Of a stretch of 64,000 bases of DNA, positions 52,207 to 61,913 are shown piece after piece; position 1 is the first letter of the stretch; the number at the start of each line of letters is the position of its first letter. This DNA is from an uncultured delta proteobacterium (lineage in GTDB: Bacteria; Desulfobacterota; Binatia; UBA9968), in contig CAVXEP010000019.1 in NCBI GenBank assembly GCA_963760795.1, forward strand, positions 1 to 64,000, given 5' to 3'. Both the position numbers and the translations under genes were made by a program. The notes beneath the pieces are model-generated. The model was given only the letters and a program-made list of their open reading frames with translations. It was not told the DNA's origin and made no database searches.

Positions 52207-53838
52207 CTATTCCTGCGGGAATAACTGGTAGAACTTCTGCGCCGCTTCGGCGCTGCCGCAGATATACACGGAATCGTTGGTTTTAAATCTAAACTCAGCG
52301 CCAAATTCCACCAGCAACTCTTCGCCGCGCTCCACCGCGACCACGGTGCAGCCGGTTTTTTCCCGCAGGTCGTGTTGTTTCGGATGGAAATTCTCCAGGC
52401 GCCGGGTCGAAACTTTGACGACTCGCAGCTCGGGGTCCACCGCGATAGATTCCTTGCCGAGCAGCCGCAAGGCGAGCAGTTGTCCGGACACCTGGCTGAT
52501 CGACAGGGCGAAGTCGGCGCCGGCGGCATAAATTCTTTCGACGTTCTCGGCGCTGTTGACGCGGGCGATGACCGGCACGTCGGGCGCCAAGTCTTTGATG
52601 ATAACCGTACTGAAAAGTGTTGGGGCGTCGGCGCTCAGCGCGAGAATCACCGCTTGGACATTGTCCAGGCCCGCTTGTTTGAGAATCTGCGTGTCGAGCA
52701 CGTTGCCGACGAGATTGACGCCGGGGCCGGGCCGGCTATCGATGATGAAAGTCTCCTCGCCGCAGTCGGTGAGCAGCTCGGCGACTTTGCGGCCGACTTC
52801 GCCGCCGCCGGCGATCAGAAACGGCCCGTGGCGGCGCAGCTGGCGCGCGCCGGCGCACAGGTTCATGAAATTGCGGATGCTGTCGTCATTGCCGACCAAG
52901 ACGAGGATGCCGCCGGCTTCGAGGCGCATGTTCGGCGTCGGCGGTGCGATCAGTTTGCCGCCGACCCATTGGCCGATCACGGTAACGCCGGCGTGCTGGC
53001 CGAGTTCGGCCTCGGCCAGCGTCTTGCCGGCGAGGGGGCTATCGCGGGTGATGCGCGCTTCGGCAACTTGCAGCTTGTGGCCGAGGTGTTGAATGCCCGC
53101 CACCGTCGGGCTGACCTTCTGGCTGGCGCGCGCCGCTAACGCCGCGCCGAGCACATGGCGCGGCGTATAGGCGCTGCTGGCGCCGGCAAGGATGATCGGT
53201 TGGCGATGGAATGGGTCTTCGACCAGGGCGAGGATCTCGCCGTTGAAGCCAAGTTGCCGCGCCGCCAAGATCGTCGCGGCGTTGCGGTCGTCGCTGCTAT
53301 TCACAATCAGCGCGCGGGCCGCGCCGAGATTGGCTTTCCCGAGCACGCCTTCGTCGAGATTGCCGTAAATGACTTGATGTCCTTGTTCGAGCAAATGGCG
53401 CGCATCGTCTTCGTCTTCGTCGATGATCACAGTGGGAATATTGGTTTGCTTCAGCTCGGTAATCAGCGTGGCCACCGCCGGACCGTAGTCGAAGATCACC
53501 ACGTGATTCTTGGCGTTGGCCGATTCCTTCGGCAGCTTGGTTTCGAACCGTTCTTCGAGGAACGGAATCAGATAAATTGGAAAAACCAGGAAGAGCAGCA
53601 TCACCCCGATGAACTGGGCAATGACGACGTAGATGACCATCAACGGATGCTGCCAGGAAATATCGCCGCCATAACCGGTGGTCGATGCCGTGCCGGCGGC
53701 CCATTGCAGCGCCTGCCAGAACCCTCTCGGCTTGTTCTCGAGAAAATACATGCCGAGCATGTAGAGCAGCGACATGACCAGCAGCAGTAAAATGAGCGAG
53801 CCGAGCAGGATGATAAAACGATTATAGGAGCGTGGCAT
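52207..53838 (-). CDS. two-TM potassium channel with tandem RCK (TrkA) domains
   Basis: TTGYG filter, two TrkA_N/TrkA_C pairs (IAGGGEVG). Confidence 0.88.
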   Translation of the reverse strand: MPRSYNRFIILLGSLILLLLVMSLLYMLGMYFLENKPRGFWQALQWAAGTASTTGYGGDISWQHPLMVIYVVIAQFIGVMLLFLVFPIYLIPFLEERFETKLPKESANAKNHVVIFDYGPAVATLITELKQTNIPTVIIDEDEDDARHLLEQGHQVIYGNLDEGVLGKANLGAARALIVNSSDDRNAATILAARQLGFNGEILALVEDPFHRQPIILAGASSAYTPRHVLGAALAARASQKVSPTVAGIQHLGHKLQVAEARITRDSPLAGKTLAEAELGQHAGVTVIGQWVGGKLIAPPTPNMRLEAGGILVLVGNDDSIRNFMNLCAGARQLRRHGPFLIAGGGEVGRKVAELLTDCGEETFIIDSRPGPGVNLVGNVLDTQILKQAGLDNVQAVILALSADAPTLFSTVIIKDLAPDVPVIARVNSAENVERIYAAGADFALSISQVSGQLLALRLLGKESIAVDPELRVVKVSTRRLENFHPKQHDLREKTGCTVVAVERGEELLVEFGAEFRFKTNDSVYICGSAEAAQKFYQLFPQE

Positions 53839-54036
53839 TACCGCCGGCTCCCAGCGTCGCGCGGTGGAACGGTTAGTTGCTGGTGATTGTAAAGGCTGGT
53901 GCGATCGATTCAGTGTTGCAGTTCTCTATGGCCATGCGTAAACCGTAGCCTTGCTTAGCATGGCACCGCGGGAATCTTCAACAAACTTTCGCACAAACCG
54001 CCGGTTTTGACGCTACGGCGATGGAAGTTAAGACTG

Positions 54037-54717
54037 CTACTTGAAGGTCTTGACCGACCAGCTGCCGGACTGATTGGCGCCGGTCCATAAGCCATTGATC
54101 GCTTCCTTGGCGGCCATCTCGAACATGTCGGAAAAGCGCAGCGTGCGCGAACCCGGCAGCTCAGCGGACCAACTGCCATTGAAATCGCCGCCACGGCCTT
54201 CGAGCGCGGCGCGCCAAGTGCCGTTCCAGCCGGTGCGATGCATCTGCGCCGACCAGTTGCCGCGCAGCGCGGTTGCGCCGCCGGCATCGCGCAATGTCCA
54301 AAAGCCGCGTGCTGCGCCACCCGTCGAACTCGGATCGACGGTATAACTGCCGCCGAAAGCTTTGCCGTCTTCGGTGACCGCGCCCCAATTGGACGACGCC
54401 GATTCTTTCTCCTTGAAAGAGTCCTTGACTTGACTGCTGACCATGACGTCCAGCGCGCGCACCCAACCGATCTGGCCTTGCTTGGTGCGCACCATGTACC
54501 AGATTTCCTGGCCAACGCTTTCCGCCATCGGCGTCAGCGCCTCGCCTTTTTGCAATCGCAGGATTGGCTCGGTCTCCAGATCCTGCTGCGCATAAAGCGG
54601 TGTGCCCGATTCTCGCGCCGTGAGCGCGGCGGGGGATTCGGCGCCGGGAAGGTTGTTTGAGGATGTTAGGAAGAGAAGAAAGCCAAGTAAGGCAACGTAG
54701 GTTGACGAAACGAACAT
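54037..54717 (-). CDS. secreted protein with SH3-like domain and Trp/Gly-rich beta domain
   Basis: Signal peptide, WYMVRTKQGQIGWV, repeated GxW segments. Confidence 0.7.
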   Translation of the reverse strand: MFVSSTYVALLGFLLFLTSSNNLPGAESPAALTARESGTPLYAQQDLETEPILRLQKGEALTPMAESVGQEIWYMVRTKQGQIGWVRALDVMVSSQVKDSFKEKESASSNWGAVTEDGKAFGGSYTVDPSSTGGAARGFWTLRDAGGATALRGNWSAQMHRTGWNGTWRAALEGRGGDFNGSWSAELPGSRTLRFSDMFEMAAKEAINGLWTGANQSGSWSVKTFK

Positions 54718-55149
54718 TCATAGACAAATTCTCCGTGGATACCGACCGACGTTCAGCGGACGTACCGTCCGCTGAAGACATTCTACATGATTATCTGTTT
54801 AGCCGTCACTCCCAGGATTTATCCGATGAGTCTTACGATTAATCCTGGGGTATCTGCCCGCCACAACTCGTGAGCAAAATCCTCAACCTAGGGGGTCGTT
54901 GCTCACTATTTGGGGTTTAAGTTTTAAATCTGAATCCGAGTTCTACCAACTCATCTGCCCCGATTCTCAAGGCGTGTTTCTTACAGCAATGTCTTCTAAG
55001 TTCCTTCAATTTAAAAGAACAAGAATCCCGATAGTGACCTGACTTGTTCTCCGGGTTCACTCTCGTATATCGTATATAGGTCAAGTTAGGATGTCGCCAC
55101 ACACTATGGTTTGAATAGAATTCTCGTGAGTGAGTCTAGGAGAAGCAGT

Positions 55150-57117
55150 ATGAAGTTACCGCTGGAGCAAGAAGTTATGCGGGCCAAGTGTGTTCATCCA
55201 TACGGAGAGTTTATCGAGTTTCCCGCAGAGGATGTCGAGACGTCGATTCCTGAACGGTTTGAGAAGATTGTACGGATGTACCCCGATCGATTGGCAGTGA
55301 AGGTGGGTGAGCGCGCACTAACCTACTTTGAGTTGAACAAAGTGGCAAACCAAATCGCTCGTTCGATTCTGGCGAGGCGAGGGCAAGGCAGCGAACCGAT
55401 AGCGCTCCTCTTTGAGCATGGGATCGAAGTCGTTGCTGCGATTCTAGGAGTGCTGAAGGCCGGCAAATTTTATGTTGCTATGGATATTGACAGTCCCAGA
55501 GAACGGGTCACGCGCGTTATAAAAGATTCGGGGATTCACCTGATCGTTACAAACAGCCAAGATCGAACTCTAAGGCAATCCATCAACGGCGGAATCGCCG
55601 GGTTGCTAACGACCGACGAATTCGATGTCTCCACGAGGGATTCGGAAAACTTGGGCATCGCAATCGCATCGAGTGATGTCTCGGGGATTGTCTACACTTC
55701 AGGTACAACAGGTGAACCCAAGGGTGCTATTGAGACCCATGGATACCGGCTCCATGTTTCACGGGGTCACACCAATTTGGTTCATATTTGTCCGGAAGAT
55801 AGATTGAGCCTTGTACATTCCATTAGCTTTGGATCTGGCCTAATACAAGTATTTCGTTCGTTACTCAATGGAGCATCTCTCTTTCCTTTCGATCTGAAAT
55901 CGCGCGGTATTGATCAGTTTACAAAATGGGTGAATCAGGAAAAGATCTCGATAGCTCATTTACCGACAAGCGCTATTCGCCGTCTCGCCGACTCGCCTGA
56001 ATCGAAAGCGCGGCTTAAAAGTCTCCGAGTGATCCATCTATCCGGGTCGCCCATAACAGAGTATGACTTCGACGTGTATAAAGAATATTTTCCTGCAAGT
56101 GCGTTCCTTGCGATTACGATGGGTGCCACCGGCGGTGGCACGATCTGTTCGTGTATACTGGATAATACTTTTATTTTTCCGACGGAAGGAACGCCACTCG
56201 GTTTTCCCGTAGAAGGGATCGAAGTTTTCATAATCGACGAACACGGGAAAGGGGTAGGGCTAAATCAAGACGGAGAGATTGCAGCAAGAAACCGTTTTCT
56301 CGGAGCCGGCTATTGGGGACAGCCAGAACTTTCCAAAGCCCACTTTGTATCCAACCGTAGTGGTAACGAGGAACCGATTTATCTGACCGGAGACCTGGGC
56401 CGTAGAAGGCCCGATGGCTTACTAATATATCTCGGACGTAAGGATCTGATGGTAAAGATTCGCGGTTTCCGAGTTGAGTTGGGCGAAATCGAAAGCACGT
56501 TGCTCAAACATCCGGAGGTGAGAGCAGCGGGAGTCAGAGCTTGGGATCAAGAATCGGGAGAGAAATATTTAGCGGCGTACGTAGTTCCTAGAACACATAC
56601 AAGACCGACGGTGGATGAGTTGCGCGAGTTCTTGAAGCAGACTCTTCCTGACTACATGATTCCGTCAGCGTTCGTCTTCGTGGACGATCTTCCTTTGACA
56701 AACGGCAAGCTGGACCGAACGGCTTTGCCGAAACCAGGTAACGAACGACCTGAGATGAAGACGCAGTATGCAATCGCTCGCGGCGAAGTCGAGCAGACCT
56801 TGGTAGGCATCTGGGAACAAGTGCTTGACGTTCGTCCAATCGGAATTCATGACAACTTTTTCGACCTAGGCGGTCATTCACTTGCAGCCACCCGAGTTGT
56901 CTCTTCGGTCATCAGCCGATTTCAGTTAGAGATACCGCTTCAATCTTTGTTTCAATCCCCCACGGTGGCGGAGATGGCTGTCATCATCACGCAGAACCAA
57001 ACGAGGCGGGCAGGCGACGCCGAGCTAGCGGGGATGTTTCGCGAGGTGGAGGCGATGACGGAGGAAGAAGCGCAGCGGTATGTGGACGAAATTAATTTGA
57101 CAGTCTCGAAGAAGTAG
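55150..57117 (+). CDS. stand-alone NRPS-like adenylation-thiolation didomain
   Basis: LTYFELN, YTSGTTGEPKG, TGDLG, GRKDLMVKIRGFRVELGEIE, LPDYMIP, NGKLDR, FFDLGGHSL. Confidence 0.92.
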   Translation: MKLPLEQEVMRAKCVHPYGEFIEFPAEDVETSIPERFEKIVRMYPDRLAVKVGERALTYFELNKVANQIARSILARRGQGSEPIALLFEHGIEVVAAILGVLKAGKFYVAMDIDSPRERVTRVIKDSGIHLIVTNSQDRTLRQSINGGIAGLLTTDEFDVSTRDSENLGIAIASSDVSGIVYTSGTTGEPKGAIETHGYRLHVSRGHTNLVHICPEDRLSLVHSISFGSGLIQVFRSLLNGASLFPFDLKSRGIDQFTKWVNQEKISIAHLPTSAIRRLADSPESKARLKSLRVIHLSGSPITEYDFDVYKEYFPASAFLAITMGATGGGTICSCILDNTFIFPTEGTPLGFPVEGIEVFIIDEHGKGVGLNQDGEIAARNRFLGAGYWGQPELSKAHFVSNRSGNEEPIYLTGDLGRRRPDGLLIYLGRKDLMVKIRGFRVELGEIESTLLKHPEVRAAGVRAWDQESGEKYLAAYVVPRTHTRPTVDELREFLKQTLPDYMIPSAFVFVDDLPLTNGKLDRTALPKPGNERPEMKTQYAIARGEVEQTLVGIWEQVLDVRPIGIHDNFFDLGGHSLAATRVVSSVISRFQLEIPLQSLFQSPTVAEMAVIITQNQTRRAGDAELAGMFREVEAMTEEEAQRYVDEINLTVSKK

Positions 57118-57849
57118 CTTGCGGTCTTTAGCCATTTGTCCGTGTACGATCTTCCTAGAAAATCGATTTAAAGTATCGCCGCAGTTAAAGTCGGACCGGT
57201 ATCGGTGATCGGGCGATGTCCTCCATCCGCAGGCCAGTATTGAACTGATTGTACAGGGTGTATCCTTAATGCGAGTGTAAGGTGTCGCGACAATAGCAAT
57301 GAGAGTCGGGCGTATTCAGGATAAAAGCCGTTGGACTAAGGTGTTGGGTGAAGCAGCGACGGTTGGCTATGGGGATTGGAACCCTGGCAGGGAATCAAAC
57401 CAACATCGCCGTGGTGGTGATCATATGATGAACGGGGGCGCATTCGGTAGTCGGGTCGGCGTCATGTATTGTCCAGAGGTGTCATGCAAGACCCGGCCCT
57501 CGTCGGCTCCAAAGAGACGCTCTAGGAGGTAATCGATGCGTCCTCAGTTCATTCGGTCACGACGCCTTCCCGTAGGTGGCGGTCGGTGGTAGGTGGTGAG
57601 TTTGTATTGCCACGACGGGTGACTGCGAGACCGGCCCCGAGTCAAGAAATTCGATTGACGTGGACAAGGCCACCAGCAGTGTCGGGCAGTGATCGAAAAT
57701 GAGACGCCATGCCCGGCCTCTAGTCCACCGCGAAAACAGTTTTAGTACTCTTCTCCTTGTGGCATACCCACTGCGGGTCCACGGAACAGCCGTGGATATC
57801 AGCCGGCTCTTCAACGTCCTAGCCGCCAAAGTCAGACGGGAGCTATGAG

Positions 57850-58599
57850 ATGAAAACCTACGTTCAGTGGGCCATCGGTTCCCTGTACCTTACGCTCGCT
57901 GCCTTTTGTAGCGCTGCCGGGTTCACGCCTGTTCCGTTCAACTGCAGCATGGCGCAAGGTTCTCTAGTTACGAATCTAGACCAACGAATAGAAGTCTCGG
58001 CTACAGGGTTTTCGGTCCTCCCTCCGCGAGGCGAAAATTGGTGCGTCAAATCCCTGGCCTCGTAAGGGCTCAGTTTCTTGAAAGCCCCGGTGACCGTGGC
58101 AGTTTTCGGACAGCCGTCATCGCCAGATGAGCTTTTCCCAGTGGCACTACAAGCGATTCGATTCACGGGCCTCGCAGTGGGCCTTCCAGACTTTGGTTTC
58201 AATATCGAATCACCGGAGCAAGTGAAATTCGCAGTTGACGAAATGATAAGCATGCATGTCTTCTCTCAATTTGTCGGAGGGATTAGTTCTGCCGAGCGTC
58301 GTTACCAGCTGTTAGAGTCACATTCGCAGGTAGACGGGTCCTTTGGTGCAAGCTGCGTCCGGTTTGACGCGAAAGTGGAAGCGCGAGGCATGCACCAAGC
58401 CCCCTCCGGCTTTGTCATGATACTAAACTTCTCCAACAATTTAATATGTGCCTACCCACAACCCGCGTCTTCTAAGCGCGGTTTGCTATGGATCAGCTTT
58501 GTGGAGACTTACCAAGAGGGCGCGCAGTCAGCTGCCGATACGGTGAGGCGGGAAGTCGAGCCATTTTTGCGGAGTCTGCAATTTATCACCTCTCGTTAA
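57850..58599 (+). pseudogene. secreted/lipoprotein hypothetical gene interrupted by in-frame TAA at 58063-58065
   Basis: ORFs 57850-58065 and 58078-58599 are in the same frame; signal-peptide-like N-terminus. Confidence 0.6.
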
Positions 58600-58644
58600 C
58601 ACTGCGGGAAGCAATCGCCATCAGTAACTCAAGATGAAAGCTTT

Positions 58645-58674
58645 GTAGGTCGGGTTAGCGCAGCGTAACCCGAC
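58645..58674 (+). repeat. GTAG-type REP palindrome
   Basis: gtag-gtcgggtta-gcgcagcg-taacccgac. Confidence 0.8.
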
Positions 58675-58721
58675 CCCTCCAAATTGTCGGAATTTCTTTC
58701 CCATGGCGGAATTTCACTCTC

Positions 58722-58829
58722 CTACCTCGTCGACGGCAGCGCGACCACGAAACGTGTCTGGCTGAACCCCGGGGGGATGCTCAGTGTGAACTGGATCGAT
58801 AACGCGAGCAGAAACAGTCGCGCGTTCAT
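58722..58829 (-). pseudogene. truncated 5' remnant of an exported protein gene, probably an SBP
   Basis: GGAG SD then MNARLFLLALSIQFTLSIPPGFSQTRFVVALPSTR-stop. Confidence 0.5.
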
Positions 58830-58862
58830 GGCATTCTCCGTACGGCGTCTGGCGATGCGGCT

Positions 58863-59909
58863 TTATCTTTTACTGACCGCCACGGGTTTCTTCGGCACAT
58901 TCTTTTCCACCCAGGCTAATATCCAGTCGGCGACTTGGAGATTGTTTAGATCCATCATCATCATGTGGGTGTTGCCGCGTATCCCTTGTTCATAGGTGCC
59001 CAGGAACGTCGATTTGCCGCTGGCGGTGTTGATGGCGGCGACGGTTTTGCGGCAGTGTTCTTCACCGTTCCACTCGTGATCGCCGGCGACCACAAGCATC
59101 GGCACTTTGGCGATGATTTTGATTTGTTCCGGATCCAGATCGCAGCCGGTTCGGCCTTCGACGTTGACAAAGCCTTTGACCAAGTCGGGGCGCGCGACGG
59201 CGGTCAGCGCGCCGTAGACGCCGGACTGGGAGTGGACCATCAAGATCGACGGGCCGATTTTTTCCATTAGCACGATGAGCGCGTCAACGGTCTTGCGCGG
59301 CGGCTGCGGCAGTGTCGCTTCGGTGTTGGGCACGAGCTGGGCCATGTATTGGTCTAGATAGTCCTTGGGAAACTTCGAATCGGGCCACCATTCATCGGCC
59401 TTGGGGCCGAAGCGAAAGATCGACCAGGCGCGCTCGTAGGTGAACTGCACGATGCCGCCTTTGGGTATCAGCTTGGCGTCGCCTTTGGTTTCGGCGTTGT
59501 TGATCGGCGCGGTGTTCCAGCCGGAGCGGGCGCGGCCGACCTGATCGACGATGTAAACGGAATAACCCTTGCGCAGGAAATGCTGCTTCCAGCCGTCGCG
59601 GCCGTCGGGCGTGGTGTCGTAGGTTTTGCCGGTGTGGCCCGAGCCATGCACCATGATCACCGGCCAAGCGCCGGTTTTTGGTTTCTGCGGGATGGCGTAT
59701 TCGACGTACATTTGGTTGACGACGATGCGCCCGCCGGGATTGTCGCCGCCGGGGTTGTCGGTCTGGAACACTTCGCCGTTGACGAAGAAGCTGCCGGCTT
59801 CTGTGAGCACCGGCGGCGGCGCCGCAGCGACGTTGGACGAGGCGAACAAGACCGACGCAACCGACTTCGCACGAGAATGTTTCTTGCGCGTAGCTAGTTT
59901 TTTTTTCAT
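58863..59909 (-). CDS. alpha/beta-fold esterase-like protein
   Basis: QMYVEY, MVHG, TTPDGRDGW, DQVGRARS, HSQSG nucleophile, GNTHMMM. Confidence 0.85.
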   Translation of the reverse strand: MKKKLATRKKHSRAKSVASVLFASSNVAAAPPPVLTEAGSFFVNGEVFQTDNPGGDNPGGRIVVNQMYVEYAIPQKPKTGAWPVIMVHGSGHTGKTYDTTPDGRDGWKQHFLRKGYSVYIVDQVGRARSGWNTAPINNAETKGDAKLIPKGGIVQFTYERAWSIFRFGPKADEWWPDSKFPKDYLDQYMAQLVPNTEATLPQPPRKTVDALIVLMEKIGPSILMVHSQSGVYGALTAVARPDLVKGFVNVEGRTGCDLDPEQIKIIAKVPMLVVAGDHEWNGEEHCRKTVAAINTASGKSTFLGTYEQGIRGNTHMMMMDLNNLQVADWILAWVEKNVPKKPVAVSKR

Positions 59910-60013
59910 GACTGGTTCTCCGCTAACGAAAGCCTGGCAAAGCCATAGCGCATCGCCCAGCGGTGAACAAGGCGATTGTCAACGCAAGAATTGGCAAGAT
60001 CGGTTTCGGCAGG

Positions 60014-60262
60014 TTGGCCGCACGCTTCGACGGTGCTCAGGGCGATCGGGACGCATAGGACCCAAAGAAAGAACAGAGAAATGTCGGGGCGGGTTCGAAA
60101 CCCGCCCTCAACCGATGCACCGGTGTGGGTTATAAGGGAAGATTTGCGCGGACCAGGCAAATCTTCAATGATCGTATTACGAAGCGCACGAAGTTATCTG
60201 GGCAAGGCGTGCCTTGCCCTTCTGATCGAACCCTTCGCGTCCGTCGCGATCTTCGCGTTGCG
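60014..60262. repeat. composite repeat cluster
   Basis: 60014-60053 matches 52001-52040 at 39/40 nt; gggcgggttcgaaacccgccc hairpin; acgaagcgcacgaag...cttcgcg arms around gggcaaggcgtgccttgccc. Confidence 0.8.
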
Positions 60263-60267
60263 GTCGT

Positions 60268-60513
60268 TTACGCGTGAGCGTGGGCGTCGACTCGCCGGTG
60301 CGCCACAGCGTGTTCTTTTTCTTCCAACGCGAGCATGGCGAAGTTGGCGGCGATCAGTGCGCCGATGCACAGGCCGGCAGCCAAGCCGAATATCACTGAG
60401 ACAAGTATCTCCGGAAAGCTGCCTGCGGCCAGAGCGTCCGAAGCGGCGATCCAGGTGATCGGCAATGCGAACAGCCCGCCGACGATGATGCCCTGAATAA
60501 GATGCCGGTTCAT
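60268..60513 (-). CDS. small two-TM membrane protein
   Basis: GGAGG SD, two hydrophobic helices, His-rich C-terminus. Confidence 0.75.
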   Translation of the reverse strand: MNRHLIQGIIVGGLFALPITWIAASDALAAGSFPEILVSVIFGLAAGLCIGALIAANFAMLALEEKEHAVAHRRVDAHAHA

Positions 60514-60552
60514 AGATAACCTCCGATTAAAAGTTTCTTGCATCGGCTATTC

Positions 60553-60568
60553 TGCAACAGCGATGCCA
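60553..60568 (-). promoter_or_regulatory. sigma-54 (-24/-12) promoter
   Basis: Minus strand TGGCAT-CGCTG-TTGCA, 40 nt upstream of ATG at 60513, with AT-rich upstream region. Confidence 0.75.
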
Positions 60569-60764
60569 AACTCCTCGGCGGTGAAACTAACGAAATTAAA
60601 CAAGATTGTGGCGGGTCGTTCTCATTAGAAAGAACTGCAACGTGGCTATTTCTAAATTTTAAGAATGGGTGATATTTTGAGAAAACCGCCGGGATGAAGT
60701 CGGCCGGTTACCATAATCGTCCGTCTAACATAAATGATTAACCCGGTAGCAATCAGCGCCGTTC

Positions 60765-61241
60765 ATGAATAACCCGGAATCAATCGTCGGCGTGGAAGAA
60801 TTGCGGCTAGCCAGCCTGCGGAAGATCCTCCTAGGGATTTTGGCGTTTGGGATGATCGGCACTGTGACGGAACTGATCTTGCTCAAGCATCGCGAGGATA
60901 TTTATCAGTGGATACCGTTGGTGCTGCTTGGGGTTGGTTTACCCGTGCTGGCTTGGCAAGGTGTGCGCGGTGGCGTGCTCTGTCTTCGGCTGCTTCGCTG
61001 GTTGATGTGCGGCTTTGTTGCCGCCGGCATTGCCGGTGTCTATTTTCACTTTCAAGGCAGCGCCGAGTTTAAACTGGAATCGCAACCTAATCTGGCTGGT
61101 ATGGCGCTTTTTTGGGCGGCGATCGGCGCCAAGGCGCCGCCGCTGCTGGCGCCGGGCTCGATGGTGCAGTTGGGTCTCTTGGGTCTGGCGTATACTTATA
61201 AACATCCGGCACTCAAACGTTCGCAGCGCAAAGGAGAATAA
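60765..61241 (+). CDS. four-TM membrane protein of unknown function
   Basis: ELILLKHREDIYQWIP, GVYFH, PPLLAPG; stop lies 1 nt before next ATG. Confidence 0.8.
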   Translation: MNNPESIVGVEELRLASLRKILLGILAFGMIGTVTELILLKHREDIYQWIPLVLLGVGLPVLAWQGVRGGVLCLRLLRWLMCGFVAAGIAGVYFHFQGSAEFKLESQPNLAGMALFWAAIGAKAPPLLAPGSMVQLGLLGLAYTYKHPALKRSQRKGE

Positions 61242-61242
61242 G

Positions 61243-61887
61243 ATGTTGCAGTCGAAAAAGTTTTTCTTCGGGTTGGTTAGTTTTCTTGCGCTCGCTGTCG
61301 GCGCGATGGATTTTAGCCACGGTCAAGTTGGCCAATCGCAACTGGTCAATCCCGACCTGGCCAGCGAGAAAGAATTGCTCGCCCTGCCGCATATGAACGC
61401 TGCGGTCGTCAAGAGCATTCTCGAACAGCGGCCGTTTCTTAAAATGGCCGATCTCCACGCGCTGCTGTCGAAAACATTGAGCAATGCGCAATTGGCCGAT
61501 CTGTACGGCAAGATGTTTGTCCAGATCAATGTGAACACCGCGAGCGACGAAGAAATACTGTTGATCCCCGGCGCCGGCAGCCGCATGACGCGCGAGTTGC
61601 GCGATAAGCGTCCCTACAAAACCCTGGCGCAGTTCCGTAACGAGATCGGCAAAAGTGCCGATCCGAAAGAGGTGGCGCGTTTGGAACAGTATGTTTTCGT
61701 GCCGATCAATCTTAACAGCGCCAGCGATGACGACATTCTGTCGGTTCCCGGCGCCGGTAAGCGCATGGTGCGAGAGTTCAAAGAATACCGCCCCTGGACT
61801 ACCTTCGAACAGTTCCGCAAAGAGATCGGCAAGTACGTCGACAAGAAAGAAGTGGCGCGGCTGGAAAAGTACGTCACGCTCAATTGA
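61243..61887 (+). CDS. exported protein with three helix-hairpin-helix (ComEA/PsbU-like) repeats
   Basis: Signal peptide; NPDLASEKELLALP, NVNTASDEEILLIPGAG, NLNSASDDDILSVPGAG. Confidence 0.85.
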   Translation: MLQSKKFFFGLVSFLALAVGAMDFSHGQVGQSQLVNPDLASEKELLALPHMNAAVVKSILEQRPFLKMADLHALLSKTLSNAQLADLYGKMFVQINVNTASDEEILLIPGAGSRMTRELRDKRPYKTLAQFRNEIGKSADPKEVARLEQYVFVPINLNSASDDDILSVPGAGKRMVREFKEYRPWTTFEQFRKEIGKYVDKKEVARLEKYVTLN

Positions 61888-61913
61888 CATTTTCTACTAC
61901 TACAAACGAAGAT

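Noticed and set aside
54811-54849. Hammerhead ribozyme
   Set aside because: Core reads CCGATGA not CTGANGA and the GAAA element is missing
58063-58065. Stop-codon recoding (Sec/Pyl)
   Set aside because: The stop is TAA, which is not recoded; nonsense mutation or base error is more likely
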